A stretch of 64,000 nt of DNA from Marsupella aquatica (lineage: Eukaryota > Plantae > Marchantiophyta), in assembly GCA_973895155.1 (NCBI GenBank), contig OZ316896.1, positions 10,675,525-10,739,524 on the forward strand. The letters are read 5' to 3'. Shown in pieces: positions 1 through 10,948 of this stretch. The first letter of the stretch is position 1; every line of letters begins with the position of its first letter. The position numbers and the translations under genes were made by a program. The notes under the pieces are model-generated. The model ran no database searches, was not told the origin of the DNA, and saw only the letters and a program-made list of their open reading frames with translations.

Positions 1-3000
1 CTTTCAGATAGTTTTTTGCTGAAGTAGAAGCCTCCTCCCCAACCTTCTGATGTTCTTTTTCAAGTTGTTGAATCTGCTTATCTTGTTTTTTGAACTGGGC
101 TTTGAATTGTTGTACCTCCATCTCCAGATTGTGTATTACAGTTTCCTTAACTCTGATACTGTCCATATGTTTGATTGACAATTCTTCAGCCTGCATCACA
201 AGTGAATTTGAGCTCTTGGAAAAGAAAACAGAATTCGTAAAAAAATATGTCTATGATAGGTAACTGACTGGTCCACTAAGGCCCCTTCTCACTTGCAATA
301 ATGCCATGACTCAGACCTACCATTGAGAGTGAAAACCAAAAAAAAAAATGAGGTTGTTAACCCCATCAGTTATTTCCATAACATTGAAGCTTGTAGGCCT
401 TGCCAAACTTGAACACGTATTTGGCGGGAGAGTTTTTTTCTCTCAGCCCCATGCTGAGTTGGGAATTTTCTGCCTGGCTGGCCTTGTGAGACACATTTTC
501 AACTTGACAGCCCCACTGAGTGGTCTTGGTAACCTTGCTGAGTAGAAAAGTTACAGTCACGCAAATAACTGTTGGGAGTAACTGATACTTGATATCGGCA
601 ACTCATTACTGATTATGTTCCCATACTCATGCCTCGGTCATGGTGTTCGATAGCCATAGGGTTTCATATGACCAAGAGGGAATAGGCTACAATCATTGAA
701 GACAAATTGACTGTAGGGCCTCATCCAATGGAGATGATTGTAGTGATAATTTTGTAATGGCCAGATTACTCCACTCAAGACTCTCATCAATCCCGCGTGC
801 TGTAGATCTTCACCTCAGTCTTCATTTTTGTCAAGACGTCACGCTCCCTTACAACTTCTTCCAGCCTTTTCTTTTCATTCTCTGTAAGCTTCCGCTGTAT
901 TTCAGCTTCCTTCTCCAGTTGAATGATATCATTCTGAAGTTTTATTTTTTCATCTTCAAGCTCTTCCCTTTGCTGTTCCGTAAGTTTAAGCTTAGTCATG
1001 GTGGCCTCCCTCACCTAAATACATCATCCACTATGAATTGTCTGAAAAATATTGGAAAGCAGATTAAAGACAGCATCTTACATACTCTTAATATGTGATC
1101 TCCTTGTGAGTGAAGCAAATATATAACTTGTCATTTCAAGGTTTGTACGTGGCTCCCAAGTCCAAAAGAAATATCCGCAAACTTGGCTACAAACCCTTAT
1201 CAAGATCAAAGATTTTTAATCACCTTCTTACAACATTGGTTTGGGTATAATGAGGGACCATTTGAAGGGCCAGAAGTTCTGTATTGCATTCTGATGGTTA
1301 AAAGGAACTAATCCTCAAGCTCAACTGGCATTAGTCGCTAGCAATTATGTTTAGATTACAATTTGGACATAACCTACAATAAGTTTTGCTCAGATAATGA
1401 TGAGTGCCTGCTAGGGAGCACAAGGTGAGGATTTTGAGTACCTTCTTCACTTTGATAAGCTCTTCCCTAGCAGCATCAAGTTCTTCTTCAGTTGCCTTCA
1501 ACTCTAACAATTTTGAACTATTCTCTGCTAGAAGTTGGGTGTTGGATTTGAGTTGGTCTTCTAGATCATTCTGCAGCTTAGTAACCTGACCACAACGTTG
1601 AAAATTTTGAAACCCAAGTACCATTAGTGCACCACTTATGCCACTATCTGAAACTAGTCATCAAACAAAGACCATGACTCGTTTCAAATGTCAAAGCCAC
1701 AAATAATGCTGACCTCTCTGTTAACATGCTTAAATCAATGGACTCATGGTCTCTCATGATCATGGAATGCAGAGCCCCAAAACATATTAGAAGCCTGCGG
1801 CATAGGCAAACTCAATGCGGATAACACAACGTTCTCAAAGGTTGTGTTTGACAAACAACTTTGGTCTAAACAACGGGTCTAAGTATAAACATCTCCAGTC
1901 AAAATAATGATATGGACCTGAACATGCAAGGCATCCATCATCTTGGTAGATCTGTCAGCGGCACTCTTTTGTTCTTGTAGAGCCGTTTCTAGCTTGGCAC
2001 CGTATTCCTGGTTCTTAGTCAAGGCTTCTTCTTTCTGTTTTAATAGCATTTGAGAATTTTCTATGGAAATCCTCAAATCTCTCATGTCTTTTTCCAGCCT
2101 CTCCTTCTTTCTCAACTCCCTAAATACAAGTAGAAGCTTTGTTTCAGATTTGTGCTTAATGTGTATGATATATCCTAACTGGTGTGAGCAATGTTTTTTT
2201 CATAATCTAGATCATAGTTAGATCTTAAAATGGATGTCTGCTTACACTTTGGATCTTCTAAGTAGCGCACAGGCAATCCATGTGCAAAGGACTGCGACAA
2301 TTTCAACTCAATGACTTATTATTAGAAGATGAACAATTCAGCATTCCACAACCCAGATTGGTGGAAGGCATAGCTAGAGACCTGTCACATTCAGCTTTTT
2401 TGGCTAGGAGTGTTTGTTTCACATCTGCCAAGTCTTCCGCAAATTTGAGTTTGTCCTTCTCTAGTAATGTAACTTTCTCAGTCCATCTTGCAAGTTCGGT
2501 CTTGAGATCAGCAAGTTCAGAAATCATTCGATCTCTATCCTTTATCACTTTCTGCTTTTCCTCTTCCAAAGTGATTACCTGCTCATAGTTTTGGCATAAT
2601 CATCCATTTTTTTTGGCAAAAAGAGCTTGACTACACAACCTTGCAAGAGGTTTCTAAATGCAATCAGACACAGGAACCTACCTCTTAAACATAATTTACT
2701 AAAGACATGCTTCCAAAGTAAGCAGTTGTCTTACTACAACATTGGCCATATATTGCAGGCATCCCTTGCAGAGCAATTATTCAGGACCTGATTCAGGACT
2801 TCTTACATCCCAGCAGTAACATAATATTGAAGCTAGAATTACCTCAGCATCCTTAGAAAAGCTTTGTTCAGCACCTTGGTCCACTCTCCCACTCATTTTT
2901 TCTATCTCTTGTTTTAGTATCCTGTAAACCATAACCAGAGTGGGGACTCATAATACAACACCTACATGATGTATATTTTATAGGAAGAATTCTTGTCACA

Positions 3001-4597
3001 CGTACATCTACCAAACCAAAATGCCAACTTGACGTCAGGTTACAAATCTTCATGTCCATGCAGTGTGTGAATATGTTTAAAATTCAGGAGAATGTCAATA
3101 GAGGCCCACAACTAATGTTGAGTTGAACTGCAACCTGAGTCTCTTTGTCCCCCTGTCAACCTTCCTTCCCAAGACCTGATGTCCCCATAAGCAAGCAAAT
3201 TACTAGTTACCATCTGACCTTTTTTTGTTTGAAAATACGTGTTTATGAGAAAAGCCACCTTGGCAAAGACCAGCAAGGCAAACAACAAACCACACAGAGA
3301 GAGCCACCCACATCCGAAAAGACGACTAAATGCCACAAACCACCCCAACAGGACACAAGGTCACCTCCAAAAGAAGGGCCAAGGGGGGAGGAAGCATAGA
3401 CACTAAGCTACAACAACAGACAATCAAGGCACTGCCCGCAGGCAAAGGGGGGGGGGGCTCAACACTGGAATGAACACTGTTCCAACAGCAAAGACCTTAG
3501 CTACCATCTGACCATGACCCTCCCAGTTACTGTACTTTGTTTTAACTCAACATTGTACCTGTCTAATCCTCGAAAATCTTCTCAGCTATAGAATATGCTT
3601 TATACCCTTCATGAATATTTGTGTAATTTTGGTATATCAGCTGCCCTGTCAGCTGGTGTAAGAATGGTTGACCCTAAGCCTTAAAAAAACACCAAGCTTA
3701 ATATGCGCCATGTACATCTACGTACATTAGAGTAACTCCATCAGTGGACTCCATGGACCTTTTAGCCTTCTAGAAATCTCTTTTTTTCTTTTTGCCCTGA
3801 AAAAAGCAACTACAGTAAAGAAGTTTCATGTTTGAACAACTCACAGATGCACAAAGAGCTGTACCGAATTTTTTCTTTGGCTTCAACTTCTTTCTCATTT
3901 GATACATTGACCATCATCCAGGCTTTTTGAGTCTCCTCCCTTAGCGCACAGATGAGCATTTGGTCTTCTTCATTGTGTCCCAAGGCTCTCTGTACCTTGA
4001 CTGTGTTTGTTAGGATCTCAGTATTTAGCTCCCGGCATTTCCTTATCAGACGTTTCTCGCTCTCTGCACGTCAATTTCAGGTGATATCTGAATATGTACA
4101 TCACAATGCTTCATGGGAAGAAGTGTTGTCCACCTTCATCTCTCCATTTCCCATAACATGCAAATATATTTGCCAGAGCTATTTCTTTTCCTTTTCTGCA
4201 AGAGCTTCCACCTACAGGAAAAAGCTTACTCTACTGAATCAACTATGGCAAACACATACTCAAAACATTACCATGAGATTTCTTCAAAGCACGATGAAGC
4301 TTCTCGTACTCAATGCGGAATCTATCCAAGGCTGGGTCTGCTTGAAGCTCATAGAGCACCTGATAAAGAAGACCACGTGTGAAAAACTCAACCTGAACCC
4401 CAACCCTGAGAAATCTATCAATCTTCTGAGAAAATTGTTTCTCCTTCAGAAATTTAAACACCAGAACAACATACCTCATTAAACCCTCTTTCCATAATAT
4501 CATAAGCCAGCTGTTCACTTGCAGTCAACAATTCCTTTTCGACCCACAGCGGTTGCTGAGATGGCTTTGTTCTGCTTGAGTCCCCTGCTCCAGCCAT
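1..4597 (-). CDS. CFAP58: Cilia/flagella-associated protein 58 (FAP58/FAP189 family) coiled-coil protein; multi-exon, 3' part beyond the window start
   Basis: Exons joined at GT-AG sites read MAGAGDSS...MERGFNE|VLYELQADPALDRFRIEYEKLHRALKKSH|ESEKRLIRKCRELNTEI...QKAWMMVNVSNEKE..., the CFAP58 N-terminal signature. Further coiled-coil exons lie at ~2843-2922, 2380-2577, 1918-2119, 1442-1585, 813-1013 and 1-190. ATG at 4597. Confidence 0.88.
3220..3497 (-). mobile_element. Short poly(A)-tailed retroposon (5'-truncated LINE 3' end or SINE) in a CFAP58 intron
   Basis: Flanked by a 16-bp direct repeat TAG(T/C)TACCATCTGACC at 3204-3219 and 3498-3513. The T-run at the left end is an A-rich tail on the minus strand. 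Confidence 0.75.
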
Positions 4598-5955
4598 TCT
4601 TGTGGGTTATGTTGGACAAGGGAACTACCGTAGACGTCCCTTTTGTCCCCTTGAGACACAAAGCTCTTATATCTATTGAGGTGGTGTAAATAGCAATATT
4701 CTCAACTCGAACCAGATTTCATGTTTGTGGATTGATTGTTCCCGTGCTCAACATCCTGCAATGCATGTGAGATAAGTAGTGTTAAAGATATCAAATTTAG
4801 TCTTCATCGTGAAGAAACAACTAAGGTTTAGAATTCCATAATTTTCTGTCCTTAAGCATGTGTATGCATGCTCCCGTACTTCACTGCTATTTTTTCTTCC
4901 CAATGCCTTCAGATTCTACCTACTACTTCTTGCTTGGGTGAGAGCCATGGCTTCTCCCTAACATAATTCAGGAGAACTTAATGTTTCCACAAACCCCCTT
5001 AAAGCTGTACATCAACAGAATCTTCTGCACTTCAAACATTTCTTCTCCTTTGCAGAATTTTGCCAGTACTGATGTCTTCTCAAAACGCCTCAGACCTTCT
5101 TTAAAACACTATATTTCACATGTAGAGGTGCCACAACAAAGTCCAAGCTATGATCCAAATCCAGTTACACTATACACAGCCCTTCTCAGCACAAATGCAA
5201 TGAGACAGAATCATAATACTCACAACTGTGGATTGGAGCAACAAAATATGAATCAGTGACCAAAATTTTCCGATGCAATTGAAGGCCGATGAGCCTCATG
5301 ATTTTTCTCATCAATCAGATCAAAATACAATACAATGTTCAATTCTTAAGAATTGCTGTGGCACACATGTAGCATAAGAGGAAGTAGTCAATCACTCCCG
5401 TGCATTCTTCCCTATATTTGTGGAAAGATTGATTGTCTTTCTAGATTAGTGAGAGAAACAAACTAAAAGGATAGGCAAACAAAACTAAAAGGATAGGCAT
5501 TCATGTCCCTATTTAATTGCCAATTTCATCATGAGAATTTAACCGCAATCAGCGCAAATTCGATGATTGGATTGGATCTAATCAAATTCAAGATCAGAGT
5601 TGGGTCTTGGGCGGAGGAGAGGTACAAAGGGGGAATTGAATTGTTCCAAAAATATAGGGAGAGAGGGGAACGGAGGGTTTCTGGCTTAGGGTGTTTGCAT
5701 TCTCAAACAATAGAGAGAATTTCGCAACAGTCTACGGAGGATGACGGGGAAACAGGGCTCAACAATTTCCCCTTGTCACTTTATAATGTCCAGATTTTTA
5801 CTGTAACAATATAAAGTGGTACACATGTTTGCAATAGAAAACTTGTTTTTCCTAACTTGCAACCTAGCTAAGTTTTGATCTGATATTTTATAAAAATCCT
5901 ATTTAATGAGAAATATACTCTCTCTGTGAAATGAATAAGAAGCAGAAATGAAATA

Positions 5956-6111
5956 CAATGTTTAACAAACAACTTGGATGGACCATATAACCAAGATGGA
6001 CACTTTCAAGTTTTATTTAGGGGACACATATTACAATTTCTTTGTATAAATGATTACACTTTTTTATTTTAGAAGTTGCTAGGTCCATCCAAGTCGCACT
6101 GCTAGACATTG
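5956..6111. mobile_element. Small MITE-like element with imperfect terminal inverted repeats
   Basis: The left end CAATGTTTAACAAACAACTTGGATGGACC matches the reverse complement of the right end, CAATGTCTAGCAGTGCGACTTGGATGGACC. AT-rich interior; no clear TSD. Confidence 0.5.
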
Positions 6112-6752
6112 CCGTCTATCCAAGGATCCTTTTTGTACTAAAATTGTAATTTACCTTATATTTTATAACTCTTCTGGACAATTAAGCAATATTAGCAAAA
6201 TTTCAAAAATCATGATACAAAAACATGATTGCTTTTTGAAAAAAATTGTAAGCACAAAACTAGAAGCCCAAATGAATCTCAATGTTTGATATAATGCTCA
6301 TGGACATCCAACTTTTCAACCGGAATGGATTGTGTTCAACATTATTTACAATTTGCTAGGATAACACATTTACACCCAATGATACAAAAATGACCTGTAA
6401 TCTAAAATATGCTTGTTGATTGCAGGTTTTGGTCACTTTTGTAGATTTCAGGTCCATAATTCCTGGTTTTTGAATTCTTTGGCTTGTTATTTGGCAATGC
6501 TGGATTCAGTTAATTGAAAGACTCATGGGATGTAAGAATTGCAAATATTTGGAAACTGTTTCACTGTGCCTTTTTTGGTTTGATGGAGAGGCTTACCTGT
6601 ACCTGGTCTTTTTAACTTTCCAGAATTGTTTTTCTGTGCTAGACCAAGGAAATTGTCGCATTTTAAAATAGAGTGTGCAGGATAGAGCGAGCTTGCACCA
6701 GTCTTGAATCTGGCAGCTTTCGTTTTTGTTTGGAAAATAAATTCAGATGATC

Positions 6753-6910
6753 ATTTTTTTAAATAAAATAAAATTCAAAAGGGCAGCAGAGTGCCAGTTT
6801 ATTCCAGAGGCCACTGTGGCGAAGACCAGCAGGGCACACAGAAAACAACAAACCCAAAAGGGCCAATGCACACAAGAACCACACTGAAAGGGTCAAATCC
6901 ACCAAAAGGA
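6753..6910 (-). mobile_element. Short poly(A)-tailed retroposon fragment with TSD
   Basis: 10-bp direct repeat TCAGATGATC at 6743-6752 and 6911-6920. The minus strand ends ...GGAATAAA...GCCCTTTTGAATTTTATTTTATTTAAAAAAA, and a similar 3' end lies on + at ~21850-21930. Confidence 0.65.
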
Positions 6911-7794
6911 TCAGATGATCCTTCAATCAGCTCATTTCTCATTACAGCTGTGACAAATTTGTAGGGAAAATTACATCCAAAGGGACCCCACAGTGGAGGG
7001 ATCACACAAAACCATGCTAACCTCAGCTCAACACATGGTTGTGTAAGAGTAGAGTGCAAATATTGAACCAAGGGCTATGCTTAGACATGAACAAATTCCT
7101 CAAAAATGCAGCATACCGTCCTAATTGTTTTTCTTAATTTTTAGGGTGTTTGCTGTCTAAGAATATCATGGATGATATGGACCCCCCCACACCCCCCCCA
7201 CGGGGTCCTTTAGAGTGCAGGGCCCTTAACCCCGCACTCCAGCCTGTGCCTCCTAAGTAACCTGGTGAGCATGGAGGGGGCTCCTAACCTGGTGAGCATG
7301 GAGGGGAGATTGAACTATGAACCCAACCCAAAAATCAACATAGCTTCCCCACTACACCCACTCTTGTACCCTCCAAACTCCTCGAATATCCAGAGGGAAT
7401 TGAACCTCATACTTTCCAATCCCGCGGCCAACCAGTGTGCTGGCTTCAGCCACTGTAGCTAAGATTATGAAACATTTAAAATATGTTTCCTTCATGTTTG
7501 TTGGAGAGTTTACCTACCATAAAACATTGAAATTAAAAAACTGAGCTTTACAGAAATTCACAATTCACCGTTTTGATACACAAATCTAAATATTATTTTA
7601 TAGCAATTTATAGCATGCAAAGTCTCATGACCGTGACATGATGCTCCCAAGAATGAGAGCCCTTACTGACCGAAACAAGGTAAGCTGTACAAACGGAAAA
7701 CTTTCATCTGTCCGGCTTCCCAGAATTTAATCTGCCTACTTTCAAACAATTTTTGGCCCTCAATCCTTCTACCATGTTTGAAATTCCAATTTTG

Positions 7795-9017
7795 TTTCTA
7801 TGGATAGTATGGATAGCAAACAAACACTAAACTCAACAAAGGAGGGCAAAAGCAGGACCCAAAAAATGAGAAATAAAGATATATCATTGCAATATGGTGG
7901 GATGATTTGAAGGGAGTGGTGCCCACCCAATTCTTTTGTGGGATGGAGGGTCCCCAACTGTGGCACTGCGTTGGCCTGGCTAAAGGCACTTTTAGCATTT
8001 ATTCTCCAGGCCAGTGTATTATGGACAAGCATTTTTTTGAATATACACATACTTTATACAGAAAAAGGCCAAATAGAGTACAAAAGAATAAACAAGAGAG
8101 GTCCCAAGTGGACAAAACCAAACGCAAAAGAAGTGAGCAAAAGGAAACCCTAAAAACCAAGAAAGAAGAACTAAAAGAAGTGAGCAAAAGGAAACCCCTA
8201 AAAACCAAGAAAGAGGAACTAAAACTACCACAAATGGACCGAGGTCCTCATCATACCTAGCAAATGTGGCAACAAGCTAGTGGTCTACATCAAGTGTCGA
8301 AACTAGATCGGCAAGTGGGACAGGAATGTCCTCTAGGGGGGCTAGCCGCTGCGGAGTCACACTAGCACCCACTGTCAGAGATCGACGATAGACGGCCCGA
8401 GCTTGAGCATGCTATAAGGTGATTGAAATGCGTTGGTGAAAGTGCGTGGTCAAAACAGATAGCGGGGGCCCGGTGGGACCCATCCGGCCGTGAACATCCC
8501 GAGTAGCTTGGCGAAGAATCCCGTCGAACTGATGATGGAGACGCCCAAATATCTCAAGAGCAAGGGGTAGGAAGCTATCAGATGAAGCTCGTGCAGCATA
8601 TTTGGCCTCCTTCGTTGTTGCTGCTCGTGATGCTGCTGCCCCTGCCGTTGTTGCGGTTGTCCCAATGATGTCTTGGCGTAATGGGTTTGCCACCACTACA
8701 TTTGCCAAAGTACGGTGACCGTCACGGACCATGGTAAGATCCACCCGTAACCGATGTGATGGAGGACCAGGTAACTCGAGCACCACCTCCCGCCGCGCGC
8801 AGACCAAAGAGCCAGAGAGAACCTGAGCAGTCGCATCTCTCATAGCGTCGTGAACAAAAATGGTTTCGCCACCCAAACTGCATCGAAGAAGATGGACACC
8901 TGTGGCATCACAAGGCTTCCCACAAGTGCAAGTAGGAGGTAAACCAGCAAGAAGTGGGTGGGGCAAGCCCATATGAAGACGCATGGCTGTCGCAAACTTT
9001 GCTGAAGACATCCGCAT
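7795..9017 (-). mobile_element. 5'-truncated, decayed CRE-clade (restriction-like endonuclease) non-LTR retrotransposon with 3' UTR
   Basis: ORF 8412-9017 has RLHMGLPHP, a CCHC-type knuckle (CTCGKPCDATGVHLLRC), HDAMRD, LRVD...LANVVVANP, KEAKY and FLPLALEIFGRL, then RISITL*HAQA (stop where Q is expected). These motifs match the C-terminus of CRE-like RLE elements. A T-rich 3' UTR follows, ending near (CTATCCATA)2. Confidence 0.75.
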
Positions 9018-10139
9018 TTTTTTGGTGACAAAAGTTTGCTAGGTTTTGTGTCCGCATCGTAAATCTTTTGGAGCCATGTACGAGCATAAATGCAAAAGTA
9101 AAAAAAAAAACAAAGAGAGAAAAGAAGGTAATACACATGCTTGCCCCTTTCAAGTACATCCATGTCCCACTTGCAAATTGTTAGAATAGTAGATGTGTAC
9201 CATTAGCTCATGACATTATTATAGTTGGTGGTGTATATTTGATCTCATACCTTTTACTAACTCTACTGTAGGATTGTGGGTTTGCATTTTCCGTCTTCTT
9301 TTGAGTTTGGTGTTTGTCCAATCCTATCTTGATCCCTTTTGCTTATACAGTAGTTGAATATACTTTGTTTGGATCTTTTTAGTGAACTGAAATCTACTTT
9401 GCCTTGTTTTTTTGTCAAAACTTAGTGCCTTGCTACTCTGTTTTATTTATTTACTACTCTAGAATGCTACGTTTTCCTAGCACCAGCTTAGCTAACCATG
9501 TATGTTATCTGAGAACCACCCGTCGACCAAAATCATGCCACAATCTGCATTCAATGCCCGAGACTTCCCTCTGCAAACTCAAACCCAACCCGTTATGCCC
9601 TGACCAAAGGGGTGGGTCACCCGGGGTGAGCCTACACCTGTCCGCCCTCTCTCACTCTCCTCTGGTCCTCTTGGACAGCCCAATTCCTGTTTAGTGAAGG
9701 GGTGGGCTGCCCAAGAGGATTTTATTAGCTGCCACTTGTTTGTCAAATGTCACTAATTGCCCTCTTTTCTAGATTAACGGCTAAATGCAAATTTTCTGTC
9801 AGGGCTTAAGTGATTTAAGCATGGTCAATCACAAAAACTGTAAAGCCCTGCAATCACCACATAGGAGAATCTGATGGTTCCCATCACCCTCGGAGGAGGG
9901 CGCTGGGGGGCACCTACTGTGAGGGCAGAGGAGGGCACTCTGGAAATAAGAGGCAAGGGTCTTGGTGACACACGCCCAAAAGGTGGAACCCCCTGCTCTA
10001 GCGGACCACTAGTCAAGCTGTCTGAATCTGCTCTGAGGCAATGGAAACCATCAAATTGTTCAATCTGATAATTCACAATCTTAGGGCCCCAAGATCTCTT
10101 GTGGCTAACAAAAAAGGTGGTATTGTACTAGTAAACCTA

Positions 10140-10430
10140 AGCAAGGCGGCAGTCCTGATTACTAAACTATGCATTGGCAATCAGAGGCTATTCTTCAGGG
10201 TCTAGGGTCTAGAGTGAAACCTTTAGTCTGTGACTCTAGGGCCATAACTGAATTTGGGGATGCTAGTGGTAAACCAGGATTGATATCTAAATTATGCATT
10301 GGCAATAAATCTGCTGAAGGTTTTCTACCTAGGTATTCTTCTGGTCTAGGGTCTAGAGTGAAACCTTTAGTTGGTGACTCTAGAGACATAAACCAAAGTT
10401 GGGGATGCAAGTGGAAAACGAGGATTTAGA
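10140..10430. repeat. Direct duplication, ~145-bp period
   Basis: GGTCTAGGGTCTAGAGTGAAACCTTTAG...GACTCTAG..CATAAC...TTGGGGATGC.AGTGG occurs twice, at ~10199 and ~10343. Confidence 0.8.
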
Positions 10431-10948
10431 GCTGCAGGTGAAACTCAAAATGGTCCAAGTGACTTTAATGTACTCACCTCTATTTACTTCCAAATTAGAA
10501 CAATGTGGCCAAAGAAAAGTGAATCTGGTGAGACCCAGTTTTAGTAAATTGGTCAATCTCATTCCATCACCATCGGAAAGTTTATCTGTGACCCAAAATC
10601 GTCTCCATTGAATTCCATCCAGCTACAGGACCCATCTATCCATCTACAGTTCTCTCTACCTATGAGTCTACGTCTGCCCAAGTGTTCGTACGCCTTTCAT
10701 CAATGGAATAGTAATCGCAGCAGCAGGGAAACAATCCAGCTCGATAGGTGGACGAAGAAGATCATACTAGCGGCACGAGAGGAAATCAGCGGAATCTTTT
10801 TGCTGGGGCTGATGTTTGGCGTACAATAGTGGAAGAGAATCGACCAGGCTTTGCTTTAGGCCAAGAAGAGCAGAGCAGAGCAGAGCAGGAGTTGTGACTC
10901 TGTTATCATTTCGTTGCAGCTCTTGTTGGTGTGTTGTTGGTGTTGGAG

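Noticed and set aside
3952-4482. 176-aa + strand ORF and similar antisense ORFs (e.g. 49082-49573, 35593-35955, 27205-27651)
   Set aside because: They are shadows of real exons on the opposite strand and have no recognisable motifs.
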